In this document: piece after piece, positions 47,700 through 60,456 of the stretch | How positions within the stretch are numbered: position 1 is the first letter of the stretch | How the letters are laid out: every line of letters begins with the position of its first letter | Origin: Selaginella moellendorffii | Lineage: Eukaryota; Plantae; Lycopodiophyta | NCBI RefSeq assembly: GCF_000143415.4 | Contig: NW_003314261.1 | Span: 6,604,817-6,668,816 of the forward strand | Direction: 5' to 3' | DNA: 64,000 bases | Program-made: the position numbers and the translations under genes | The notes under the pieces: model-generated | What the model saw: the letters and a program-made list of their open reading frames with translations, nothing else | Databases searched by the model: none | What the model was told of the DNA's origin: nothing

Positions 47700-48680
47700 G
47701 ATCAACTCAAGTTATGTACCAGTGACTCCAGGTCCTCTTACTTTGGTAAACATACAGTCAACCCTTAGTCAATCCTTAAATATTTCTTGACTGTCAGACA
47801 TGCCATATACCATTAGATTTCATGTGTATATGATTTTTAAATAAAAAATCCACACAAGATGCCTTAGAAATCATACAAATCATAATAATAATGCCACATA
47901 ACAACACATATACTGTCACCTCCTTCCCACACAATAGATGGACTCAGGGGTTTGTACCAATGACTCCAGGTCTTTCACCATTCAGTCAACGTGTGGTCAA
48001 CAATAAGTCAACTGTAAAATAGAATATTTTTCAATATTCCCTGATTGTCAGAGCATTGACCAGTCAAAATGGCATATGCTATTCTTTCTTCCGATCTTGA
48101 ATATGTGGTTTTTTACTCAAAAATCAGCATTAATGGTGTCACACTGCCAATGCTGGTGACACACGTCGACAACTCATGGGATAACTTCATCCTGCACGAT
48201 TGATGGACTCCAAGTATGTACAAGTGACTCTAGGTCTTCCACCATCTCAGTCAATGTACGGTGAATGTGAAGTTAACAATGAAAATATCAAAATGTTGAC
48301 CGAGTCCAAATGATATTTATCATTGGATTCCACTCTTCCTTCTGACATGAATATGTGCTTTTCAACTCTAAAATCTATACACAATTCTCTTGAAAGCAAA
48401 TGATTTGTAAAAATGGTGTTTCACTCCTAATGCCAGCAACACATATGCTGACACCTTGCAGGGCAATGTCTTCCTATATGACCAATAGACCGACTCCAAG
48501 TACATACCAGGTCTTTCACCACCCCAGTCAACATAAGGGCAGCACAAAGTCAACGGTCAAATAGAATTTTCCTGAGTATTTCATGACTGTCAAAACGTTG
48601 ACTGAGTCAAAATGACAAATACTTCAGCTCTTCCTTCCAATTACGAATATGTGGTTTCAACTCAAAAATCCACATGATTC
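47700..48680. repeat. Degenerate tandem repeat, four units of ~240-280 bp
   Basis: A TGACTCCAGGTCTTTCACC...AGTCAAC-like core recurs at ~47723, 47961, 48225 and 48505. Confidence 0.6.
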
Positions 48681-49387
48681 CCTTAAATTATAATTCTCTT
48701 AAAAGCATGAGGCATAGTGAGTGAGCTGCTTACTTTTCTATTTGAACACCCTGTGTGCAAGAGAAAAATTTGGTTGGTGCTATAGTAGGCTAGTATTTTC
48801 TTCCTTGTGAATGGCTAGTAGTGAGTCAAAGTGCAGCTGGGGGTGTAGTGAGGAAAGAAACCCCCAGGGATGTAGGACTTGATTATGCTGTGCTCAACAA
48901 GCTGTGGTAGCTTTGCTTCTTGTGCTTGGTATCTTGGCATGGTGTATATTATAAATGAAGATACAAGCCCCAAAAAGAGTGATTGAAAAGGCTGACTATG
49001 AAATGAAAGTGGTGTGAATCTATGTGGCTGTCTTGGATGATGTTAGCTTAGCCTAAGCATAACGGGTCAGGAGAGCACCACGGTCTGCCCCCCATCGACC
49101 CACTCCCAGCCGGGTGGTCCTCCCCCCGAACGCAGGTTCCAGCTGTGGCTGCCCTGTGTCGCCCTCTCTGGCGGCAGTCAGTGCTGCCTGGTCCTGCTGG
49201 TCGGGCAGTAGTCCCCCCAGCTCACCACAGCCTGGCCCGCCCAAAGCCCAGGACCAGGACACTAGTGCGCACCGTCATCCCGCTGTACCTCTCTCGGAGG
49301 GCGATCACCCCCCTCACCACCACCAACCTCGATAAAGTTTAATGAGGTTTGATTCTGTGGGTGTGATGCAAATCTAAAAATGCAGTA

Positions 49388-49506
<119 letters not shown>

Positions 49507-50155
49507 GGAAGGAGAGAGTGCATGCTGTTTATAATTTTTATTGCATGATAGAGCATGGTAATTTACATTGTTGCTGGTGCAAAAGGTGAGCAAGATAACT
49601 ATGAGATTTTCAATAACTTTGTTTCTGGATTTGAAATTTTCAAGTTTTAACACAAGAAAGACTGCTACATATATAACAGGCCCATGACAAAAATGTCTAG
49701 TTTAGGGCAAACCCTAATTAAGTGGCAAGTGAGTGCAGGAGGAGGATGGAAGAGATGAGTAGTGAGTGCAGCAAGTGTTTTGTAATGTGGTTTTGTGCCT
49801 CAAAGGTTGATCTCTCTTGGTTTCTCTAGTTACTTTGCTTGTGTATAGTCCCTATTAAACTACTACAATAGAGAGGTTTAGCCAAACTATGCAGTATATG
49901 CTAGCATATTTATAATTTATATTGTGTTTCCTCAATTTGAGTTTTGTATTATATTCTTGAACGAGCAAGCTTTGACATCATATTTCTTGTGAGCTCTTCC
50001 ATGTCAATCCCACCTAGGTTAGCAGGACTCCACTTGAATGTTTGAAGCAAACTCACCACATAAAACCATTTTATGTCAAAGTGAATTTTACAATTAACTT
50101 CATCATATACCAATATAGTGTATTTTATATAGATAGAGAGCAAATCATAGATGAG

Positions 50156-50260
<105 letters not shown>

Positions 50261-51681
50261 AAACAAATATGACTAAATTTTTATCTAAGATCTTACATAA
50301 GATATGAGTAAACAGAGCCATTATTAAGATAAATTGCCACTCATTCTTTATAATAATTTGGTCATCCAACCATATTCCATAATCTTATATAAAATGGAGT
50401 GGAGGTATACTGTGCAAGTGAATTAATGGTAAGAATAAAACATTATCTGGATTAAAAATGACTTCATTCTAGAATGATAAAATGTCTCCCAAAAGAATAG
50501 ATGGCATATCTTCTAGAAATAAAGATGAGAAACTAAAACATATTACAAAGTTATGGCATTTAATGAGTGCAATGCAAATGAACTTTCACCACAATTAAAA
50601 TTTACTACTAAGGTTTTAGAAACTAAATAAAAAAGAAAGCACTTACCAATAAGTCAATATTATAGCACATCTTATGTCTCTCCCATTAAGTTATTTGAAA
50701 AAAAATGAATTGCTAAATGAGTGAGCTATTTTATTCTCATATATCCCTCAAAGTTTTAAGGACTTACATTCTTTTCCCTTTTCAAAACAACAAACCTTAA
50801 CCCCTATTAAGCCAAAGGGAATCAATACTTTCATTTTCGCATTGAATCTTTATAGATTAGTTATTCCATATGAATTAACTAATTATCCATTTGTACTATA
50901 GTCCCATGGTGGATCTTTTCATTCGTGGATGCTCTACAAGACAAAAGATATACTCACACATGCCCAATATATATGATTTCAATTTTAGAGTTAGGCTTAA
51001 GGGAATCTATATATTTTTTAAGGCCACTAATCAATATAAATCAAATTCATGCTAATTGCTTTGACATACACCCTATTTCTTCCTCTAAAACCGATTGAAA
51101 AAAGGGAAATTATTTAATAAAAGAGCCTTTAATGGCTATTTTATTCTGAAGAAAAATGGAATTAAAAGAAAGAGAAGATGCCTGTTGTCATTATGATCTG
51201 GAAGAAACAAAAAACTAAGGAGAATTCAATGAAATCAGCTGATTTGCCAAAATAAGAATAAAACCATATATATATTATGCCTTTGTGAGGATCATTAAAT
51301 AGATTAACCATTCCAAGAAATTTATGAGAAAGTGGATTTGAATTTCTGTTTGGGAAAGTTACAAAACTTACCCCTATATTCATAATTATTCAGGTTGAGA
51401 GTTAATTACAAAAATACCCCTCTATTTTCTACAAATTACAAAAATGCCCAAACTACAAAATCTAAATAACAGTAATCCACGCTCTTGCAAGTCATGTGAT
51501 TATACAAATGCCCAGCGCACCACCCTCTTGTGTCTATTTGGTGAGTGTGTAAAAGATGGCAACAGATTTCCTTCTTGGGGTATAAGTGTAATGATACCTT
51601 GGTCAGTTTTTGTAATCAAAGGTAGAATATTCTTAAGAGTTCTGCCCTAGCCTAGGGTTTTAATTAGTCTTGATCTTCGAA

Positions 51682-53595
51682 ATGTCTGTGCTTGCTTTAG
51701 ATTTCGCAGGCCGCCACAACTACTTCGTCAATTTCCACCTCTCCGAATTTCAGACCTTGGGCGACGATGGGTTTGTGACGCTCGACCCGAAGAAAGACGA
51801 CATTGTGGGCTCCTTCTTCATGATCAAACTCGGCCGCAACATCAGGGACGTGCCCAAGAGCCGCTGCCTCTATGTTCGCGAGGAGTGTCTGGAGCTTTAC
51901 GAGAGCGTGCTGGACGATGAAGAGGAAGGAGACAAGACTCAGAGGCTGTACGTCGGGAATCCAGGCGTCGGCAAATCGGTGACGGGTCTCCAGCTTCTGT
52001 TCCTTTTTGCTGTGGTGGGCAAGCGCACAGCAGTCTACTACAAGGAGAAGCTAGCTGCGGGAGTGTACTTCCTGTTTCGTGACGGCAAGTTCGACTCTGT
52101 TCTCGATCTCCATGGGGCGAGCGAGTACTTTATGGACTCCTCTACAATGTACATCCACGACGGGAGTAGGATTCCGAACTCGGACTCCATCGATGCCCAG
52201 ACCCTGCTGATCTCAAGTCCTGACGTGAAGGTATACAAAGAGTTCAGCAAGGTTTCTGGAGGCTCTGACGCTTTTTATGCTCGGCTATGGAGCAAAGAAG
52301 AGCTCATGGAGTGCTGGAGTGTTGCATACAGTAGTAAGCTGGAATGGAGAACAGTTCAAAAGCACATCGACGTTGCCGGTCCTATTCCGAGGCTCGTGTT
52401 CCAGACACCAAAGAAGTTCAAGTGCGTCCAGCAGGCCATGAAGAGTAATCTCCTGAAGACAGAAAACTTACTGTCGCTCTTCTCCCTGATAGGAAACCAT
52501 GATCTGGAGAGTACGTTTTCGCACACGCTCCTTCATTTAGACAGGGGAGGCGACTCATCTGAAGGCTGCACGAAGATTGCTTCAAACTTCGTGAAGGAGC
52601 AGTTGCTGCTCCGGCTTGAGAAAGAACACTGGTCAGAGATGATCAAGCAGTACAGCAGTCTAAGGGGAGTCGGCGGCCTGGCAGATTTCCGGGGTACTTT
52701 GATGGAACTACTCATGCACATGACCTTTCCGAAGTACTTCGTCAGCTGTGAACGAATATGCGATCTACCGAAGCGTGGCCAGAAGCACAGACATGTGTCG
52801 AACAACGCTGCGAACGACCTGTTGCTGGCAGATGGAGTGGATGACCTGCATGTCATCTTTTATCACGACTTTGCGGACCTGCAGAAGAAGATTCAGAAGT
52901 GCCTCAAAAAAGGCTATGCAGCTGCTTATTTTTGGCCCAGGACGAAGACGGAGGCTGCCATCGACAGCCTCTACATAAACTTCAAGACCAAACGGGCGTA
53001 CCTCCTCCAGGCGACTGTTTCAGAGAAATATCCAGTCGTGTGGCATCCCGTGGAGCTACTGTTGAAGCATTTGAGCAGCAACGGGATCTTCATTGTGGGA
53101 CTTTTCTTCATCGTCTCGGGGACCAATTATACAACGTTCAAGCCTCAGGCGTGGAAGAGAAAACGTAAAGTCAGAGGTGCATTCGTGGACGTCAAGACAT
53201 CCCCGAACTTGTGTCAGTACAAGGTGAAGTTTGAGCTACTTGGCGATGATTTACAGAAGATCCATATGCTGAGGGACTACGTGGACAGCATAGACGGCAA
53301 CTACAAGGCAATCACGGTAAGAAGCCTGGTTTCTTTCGCTCTAACTGCACTGTTCCTGCTAGGAATCTATGAGGGATGTGCCTGAGGAGCATGTTCGGAA
53401 GCGCAAGCGCGATGGTGCCTCATCGTCTGATATGTAAGCTGTAGTTCACACTGCTTGATACTCTGCTGACTAGTGGTGGTCATTTTTCTTAGCACGGCTT
53501 CGATGCCAGCGGAGTCTGACTCAGAGTACGACATGGAACTGTTGGAGGGAGAAGAAGATGAGCTGTTTGACCAGGAAGCCTATGACGACGAGTAG
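51682..53595 (+). CDS. Crinkler/RHS-type (CR) protein: P-loop NTPase plus PD-(D/E)XK restriction-endonuclease-like domain, ~602 aa; exons 51682-53316, 53363-53433, 53493-53595
   Basis: LYVREECLELY, Walker A GNPGVGKS, LLISSPD..YKEFSK, WSKEELMEC, GPIPRLVF, RGTLMELLMH and YFWPRTKTEAAIDSL...AYLLQATVSEKYP. Basic NLS-like KRKRK and RKRKR, and an acidic tail. Confidence 0.82.
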
Positions 53596-53639
53596 AACTC
53601 TGGCGAAAAAAACACTTTGAATACTAGAAAGTGGGTCTT

Positions 53640-54960
53640 ACAGAAGGTACTTTGTCTTACGATACTCCAAAGTACACTCCAAGGGATGCAGCTCTTCTCA
53701 ATGTCTTTCACTGCCGCTCTTGAATCTTCAGAATGGTTTCCATAACCTGATGTGGAGCTTTCTGACATGATGCATCACCCTCAACACCCTGTGGAATCAG
53801 TGCCACTTTCAAAGGTCTGGAGTCGTGCTAGCTTCCCTAGATGGACTTCAGGCAAAGTTGAAAAGAACAACCATATTGTCCCCTTCCCTTTTTTGCATTC
53901 AAAGCCCTCAAAAGAATATCTTGAAAAGTGTGGACTGAGCAAGCTTAAGGTATATTAACCCGGCTACCAAACTTCAGAACAAGGTTGCATCGAAAGGTTG
54001 GTCGTTGTAATCCTTGCAGCACCAACCTCCATGGGGGTCGCTGAAGAGTTGAAATCTTGCATATTGTGCTTGTGAGAAAAGTTTGTGAATGTAGTCAGGC
54101 TAATGCGGAGGTGTTGGTGGTCCCAAAAACCGGCCAACCGGTAAGTCTTGCAAAGGTGCTAGATAACCGCCGCTTCATCTGCAAAATGTAATCAGTGGAA
54201 TGAGGAGAAGGTCATCAACATAAAGATAATGATGGTGATGGCTTGTTGAAGATGTACACGTTGACATCTGCAACTGTGTTTCCAAAGGAATGCTGCCACA
54301 GCAAATTGTTGAACGTTTGCTACCAAATGTTTCAAGCCGTACAAGGCTTTGCAAACCAGTTGCTCCTTGCCTGGCTCCAAAAATCCTCCAGCCTGACGCA
54401 TGTATATCTCATCCTCGAGCTTACCATTCAAGAAGGCCCTGCCGACATCCATCTGATGGATGTCCCAGTCATGCTGTGTTGCAAGGGCTAAGAGGCTGCA
54501 AAGACTTGCCATGTGAGCAACCAGGGAAAAGTCTATGTAGTGGATGCCAGCCACCTTCGAAACCCTTCGCAAACAACTGAGCCTTGTAGCTGGTGGATCT
54601 GGTACGCGGCGCCCGGCAGGAAGAGGAACAAGAGAATAGGTACCATTCTTGTGAATGGCATCAATTTCATCGTGCATCTCCACCTGCAATAATTCAGCTT
54701 CATGACTCGCTGTGGCTCCAAAAGCGGTTAGATCGCCTTCAACGCAGCCACAGAGTCTGTTGAAGATGCTGGTCCAATTTGATGCTCTCAAGCATGCGTT
54801 GTGACGTGCATGGTGCAAGCAGCTCAAGAAGAAGAGGATCTGAGAGTCCGTGGTAACAGAATGCCAAGGGGTTGTGTGCATCAGGGTCCTTGGAAGATTC
54901 TGGAAGAATCTGTGAGGAGATTCCTTGGAATCTCGTCTGTAGGCAAAGTTGATTTAGAAA
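53640..54960 (-). mobile_element. Ty1/Copia retrotransposon remnant (integrase end, RT, RNase H fragments)
   Basis: EIDAIHKNGTYSLVPLPAGR, WDIHQMDVGRAFLNGKLEDEIYMRQ and LVCKALYGLK, with deletions and stops. Confidence 0.88.
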
Positions 54961-55454
54961 ACAATGTCCTTTTTTTTTGCATCGGCAACAAAATCTAATT
55001 TCTTGAATTTCTAAATTTATAATTATAATTTTAAATTTAGATCTGAGTCTGCACCCTTTGGTAGGCCCCTCCAGAGTCTCCCAAGTGAAACAAGATGGAG
55101 CAGGAACCAAGTACTCTACTGTTCTTCCATTGCCAAGAGGGAAAATTCATAATGGAGCAGCAACCACATGCTCTCATGTATAAAACTTTATTGATCTGAA
55201 TGTAGGGGGGTTGGGTAGTTTTTGAGCTGAGCTCAAGTCAATAAAAGTCAATGAAAATCAATATAGTCCACCAAATACAAAAGTTGATGTTTAAATGATT
55301 GGTTCAAGATGAACTAACACTTCTATTCAAAACTTAAGACATATTTTCAGTCCAAGAAAAAGCTAAATAATATAAGTCTAATAAGAAAATAAATATCATA
55401 ACTCAAAGAAGAAACTCTATATTACCACTAAAAAATTTGACTAAAGAAAAAACT

Positions 55455-58400
55455 AAATTTAGTCTTCCTCAATATCCACATCCACAATAGTATTATTGCT
55501 CTTTAACTGTGGGCTCTTGTTATATATGAGTTTGTGCCATTGCTTCTGCATAATATGGTAAATTATAGCCTATGTCATCGATCCACCTAATATACACAAC
55601 CATGATGGAATTACTATAATGAGAAATTTATACTTTATTATCACCTGTTATGAAATGTCCCAAGAACACCTTCAAATGCACTCTCCTTCTCTAGTGCATA
55701 AATTGCACAACTAGTCTCTTTAGCTGCTAGCACCATCGAACCAAAACCTATTGTAGCATCAAGCACAATCCTCTTAGGAAGACAAAACAACTCTAGGAGG
55801 ATTTGCATGGCCTTTGGTGAACAATGTCAATAGCCAGGGAACTCTATATGATGGTCCTTGTCGATGACATTCAGGATGATATTTGTTGAGCTATCATATC
55901 CTGGCAATGCTAAACCTGCACACTCATCAACTCGTGTAATACTGTGACGGCAAGAGTAGTGGCAGAGAGCATGGTAGTTCCATGCTAAAACCTATAATGA
56001 AAAGAGGCAATCAATTTAAGATATGAAAAATAAGGAAATGCAAACCTTTTGGATTCGGCCACCTGCTCCTTTTGTTTCAACTAGGATGTTTGAGAGTTAG
56101 GTAGCTTGATGCAAACTCAACCAATCTAGAGTCATCATTCTCTGCCATCGTTGCAAGAAGACCTCCCCAAAATAAAAAATGGGGAAGAATGACTAGCATA
56201 ATGCCCTTGTATCGCAACACCTTGGATGCCATATCCACTGCTTGAAAAATATGGTCAAGTCGAAGGATGTTTTAGGATGGAGTGTCGCCTTGTAAAGGTG
56301 GTAACCCATCAGGCAGGTCGAAGAATGCGAGGTTGATGCCGAAAGTATTGTTCATTCCCAATCCTTGTATCCATTGATGGAACATAGAAGACTCTCGGCT
56401 CACGTTGTTGGAAAGCTAAAAGTAGTCCCCAATAACTATTACCACGTTGCCAACACTTCCCGTAGGAGAAAGAGGGCAAACTGAATAGTGTTCAAAACTG
56501 GAAAATATTAAAGTTAATACATGTTTTTTTTCATACCTGTTTATGTGAAGCTGATAAAGATAACTCTTGGAGGTTATCCTCTGTAGCAGTGGGGAGGGAT
56601 GGAAAGAATGCATTTGTACGTCAGCATATAGAGTGCTAGCTGGTTTCTCTGACATCTACAACCAAATTACAATAAACAAGGTTATTGGAAATCAAGTTCT
56701 TACTCTCTTGGACGTCCTCACTATGGAGTTGCCTTTGTACATTTTGAGTAGTCGGGGCTAAACAAGCAGTGGCAGTAGGATCTGGGGAATGAGCAACTGC
56801 TGTAGGATGAGATGGGGCAGGAGAGTTTTCAGCTAGTTCTCCATTCTTTCATCTTTGGTTTGCTCAATATGAATCTCATCTTTGTCTTGAGGCATCTCCA
56901 CTCCCTCCAAAAGTGCCTCTACAATAAAGTAGAAACATAAGTTACTACTAGGAAATTTTACTCATCAAACCTGAATACACTTGAGGTAGAGATCAAGCTC
57001 AAAAGGTGACAATGGCATTTGCCTCCACAACTCCAAATACCATGGACAAAGTTCTCGCTCTTGCACAATGGGACAATGGAACTTTGGTTTATATATGCCA
57101 AGTTTATTCCCACTAGTTAAGAGTTTGAGAAAAACACTTGCTATGTATACTGGAGCACCTAAGCAATGATTTAAATACCTACAAAAGAGCCATGATTAAA
57201 TAAACAAGTCAATTTCTTGTAATATACCTATATGCCATGTGGCACGAGAAAATGGTTGGCCCAGTTGATTCTTGAAATCCATAGAGTTTGAGCTGCCATT
57301 AGGAAGCCATCCATCCTCAAGCTCTTGAAGGGAAGCTCAGACATATTCTGGAAGTGTTATGCTAATGCAAGCACTAATAAGGAACTTCGTATCCCATACT
57401 TGAAGTAGCTCTTTAGTAGCTGCAATACTCTGAGTGATATAAAGCTTCTCCTTCATCACATTCTCAAGTTTGCTCTCCAACTGCTTATCATTGTTATGAT
57501 GCCAAGCATTGAGGAGCTCCAAGCAAAAGGTTTGTTCATTGAAGGAGAGTTTGCTTTTTGCAATGTTATAGATTAATTCTTCATATGTTTTACCATTTCC
57601 TACAAGGACAAGGATTTCAAAGTGGAATGAGAAAGATAAAAGGGACTAACTTACTGCCATGAGAGCATATCTCTGCAATGCAATCTAGCCAATCTTTATC
57701 ATGTCGAATGTCTGTAATTGCAAGTAGCTTCTTCACTTTTAATTTCTTCGAGTTCAAAATATGCTGCTCAATTTGTCGTAATTCAAAGTTCGTTTGCACC
57801 TCATCTATCATTTGCTTAATCTTCAAATATGAGTTTTGCTCCTCCTTGACAATTGGCTAAAAGGAAAACTTATGAGTAGAAAACACAAGTTCATGCAAGA
57901 AAAGGATACTTTTGCCCAGACACCACAACCAAAAAATCCATAGGCACTTGATACCAAGTAAGCAACTCTTGGCCTTTACGTGCTACAAGCTTTGCTTGAA
58001 CTACTTCCATAACCTCATGACTATACAACATTTAGATTTCCTCAAGAGAAAGCATGCCAACATATCGAAGGTGCTTGATATCATGGACCAAGGTATGTGC
58101 TTGTAAAGCAAACTGATTAAGCCTATAACATAGTTGGTGAGAACAAAGGTTACTAATAAATGATTCTTACATGTTGATCTTGTGATATGCCAAGTTGAGC
58201 TTCACAGCTTGGTTTCGATCCTATGGCTCCACAAGTGTCACTGGGACACAAATATGTTGCTCGTCATCGTCCTGGAACTTCTCTTAGATACACCTCCAAA
58301 ATGCTAGCCACTAGTGGTTTCCATCAATAATGAAGAACATCCAGCCTACAAAAGCTTGTGTCTCCTTGTGGCACGCCATCAAAGTATTAAAATCCTGAGA

Positions 58401-58961
58401 TTTCCTTTGCCATATTTGATCCCAAGTTTGCTTGATCTCGTGACTAACCATGTCTATACAATTTGTTCTGGGGAATGATAATGACACAATAAATGATTTA
58501 GCAGTGTGCCCGAATCCAACCTCTGTGAAAGAGGTATAAATAGCCATGTTGAGGTCATAAGCTGAGTGCACCTAGTGACTCTGCTTAAGACGGCAAAGTG
58601 GAATCTGAAGATGTTAGAATCCTTTCCAAGCCATTTCACCTCACACCCTGCTAATAGTTTGTTCTTGAGCTTGGACAATAGTCTCATGTACTTGCTCATT
58701 CAAAATCATGTTAGTCTCTAGCATAGTTACCACCTCATTTTTGTGACCTTTAGGAGCAGCAGCATGTCCACCATTTCCACCACCAAGATCTGCCCCACCA
58801 CCTATAGAACCAGGTGCTTCATTTTTGCCACCAAGTTCCACCCCACCACCTATGGCACTACCACCACCAGCTTCTCCTGTGCTATAGCTAACTTTTGCAT
58901 TTCCATGCTCTATAGAACCATCTGGCTCCTGCATGCTAATACCTGGATTAGGATCAACCAT
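55455..58961 (-). pseudogene. Decayed multi-exon gene: Gly-rich N-terminus, ParB/Srx-like domain, and C-terminal beta-class N4C/N6A DNA methyltransferase-like domain
   Basis: Minus-strand translation gives SFTEVGFGHTAKSFIVS...FFIIDGNH*WLAF (DGNH at 58314-58325), then INLAFFDLPDGLPP (motif IV-like, 56305-56319), then LLELFCLPKRIVLDATIGFGSMVLAAKETSCAIYALEKE (SAM-binding motif I, 55737-55766). Many stops and frameshifts; boundaries approximate. Confidence 0.68.
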
Positions 58962-59184
58962 TACTTGGATCTGGACACCACTGCTCCCACCTTGGTCTTC
59001 CTCCGAAGTAGCGCTTTGAACTTGTGAGGTGTCCCTAGTGAATCTAGCACAACAATCTAGTCATTTTCCTGGAGAACAGGTCTATTGAGGTTGATTGGCA
59101 CACTTCTTCTATTGTGACATGATTTATATATCTGCATGAAAATGACAAATAAACTTGAGTAAACATTAAAAAAACCACAAAGCA

Positions 59185-59743
59185 GTTCCCTTGGCATTAG
59201 GAAGATTGGTTCATTGCTGAACCGATCCTCTCAGTGTCAAGGGAACAAAAAAAAGAAAAGAAAAAAGAAGTAGTTCCCTTGGCGCTGGGAAGATTGGTTC
59301 ATCGCTAAACCAATCTTCTTAGTGCCAAGGGAACAAAAAAAAGAAGAAAAGTAGTTCCCTTAGCACTAGGAAAATTGGTTTATCGCCGAACCAATCTTCT
59401 TAGTGCTAAGGGAACAAAAAAAAGAAATAAAGAAGTAATTCCCTTGGCACTAGGAAGGTTAGTTCATTGCTGAATTGATTTTCTCAGCACCAAGGGAACA
59501 AAAAAAAGAAGAAAAAAAGAAACTCCCTTGGTGCTGGGAAGATTAGTTCGTCGCCGAACCGATCTTCTTAGTGCCAATGGAACGACAAGAAATTAAAAAA
59601 ACCCAGAATCTGATGTGCTGGGAAGATCAATTCGTCGCTGGACCAATCTTCTCAACACCAATAGAATGACAAGAAACAAAAAAAAAACCCAGAATCTGAT
59701 GTGTTTGGAAGATTTGTTTGCTACCGAACCGATCATTTCAGTG
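59185..59743. repeat. Tandem array of ~62-bp palindromes (28-bp arms, 6-nt loop) separated by A-rich spacers; 5 full and 2 partial units
   Basis: Consensus GTTCCCTTGGCACTAGGAAGATTGGTTC-ATCGCC-GAACCAATCTTCTTAGTGCCAAGGGAAC at ~59185, 59273, 59354, 59438 and 59522. Partial units at ~59615 and ~59700. Confidence 0.93.
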
Positions 59744-60065
59744 TGAAGTAGCCGTGAGGCGCAAGTTACTTGCAAGCTAGGACCAAAAGATGGGGAGATG
59801 GAAAAGTAGCAAAGAGAGGCATATCTTGATTGAGGAGTTTCTTTTTAGTGTCTTGAAGAGCATTTAGTGTCTTGATTGAGAAGCATTTTGAAGCATTCAA
59901 GCGTTGCAGCAGTAAAACTCTAAAAATTAACAGTCACGATCAATGGTCATGATCAACGGTCACGATCAATTTTTTAATAGTACTTGGATATATTTATAGG
60001 AAAAATCCACTATAAACATAGATTTCATGTATTCTTTCCAAGGAGACAATCATTCAATGCTTTAG

Positions 60066-60295
60066 ATATTAATTGTATAATTGAAAAAGCCCCGCATGAA
60101 CTAATCTTTTCGAGTTTGAGTCTCTCTCATTTATCACAAAAGAATGAAACTTTTTTAAAGGGAAAAGAGTATGGAGATGAGAGGAAGAACAAATAATTAA
60201 TGCTACAACTCTCGTGATTAATTGGTGCCTCTTGCTCATAACCCCATTCATTTCAACAGTATTATTCCTCTCACAATCAATTATACAATTAATAT
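60066..60295. repeat. 230-bp segment bounded by a perfect 19-bp inverted repeat (possible MITE)
   Basis: ATATTAATTGTATAATTGA (60066-60084) and TCAATTATACAATTAATAT (60277-60295). Confidence 0.5.
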
Positions 60296-60456
60296 GGGTG
60301 GCTCTTTAACATTCTCATATATCTTTAGATTCTAAATAGTTGTATATTTTGTTGAAATATTTAACTTGTCCTTTGCAAGGACACAATTAATTAAAGCTCA
60401 CAATACAGGAAAATATTTTGTTCTTTCTTGTCAGTTTCTCTCCAAAATTTTTCTAA

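Noticed and set aside
53317-53385. Hydrophobic C-terminal TM tail on the CR protein (VRSLVSFALTALFLLGIY)
   Set aside because: More likely read-through of a 46-nt GT-AG intron. The spliced model gives an NLS-like motif and an acidic tail instead.
59185-59743. CRISPR array
   Set aside because: Repeats are ~62 bp, spacers are low-complexity A-tracts rather than unique sequences, no cas genes are present, and the context is eukaryotic.
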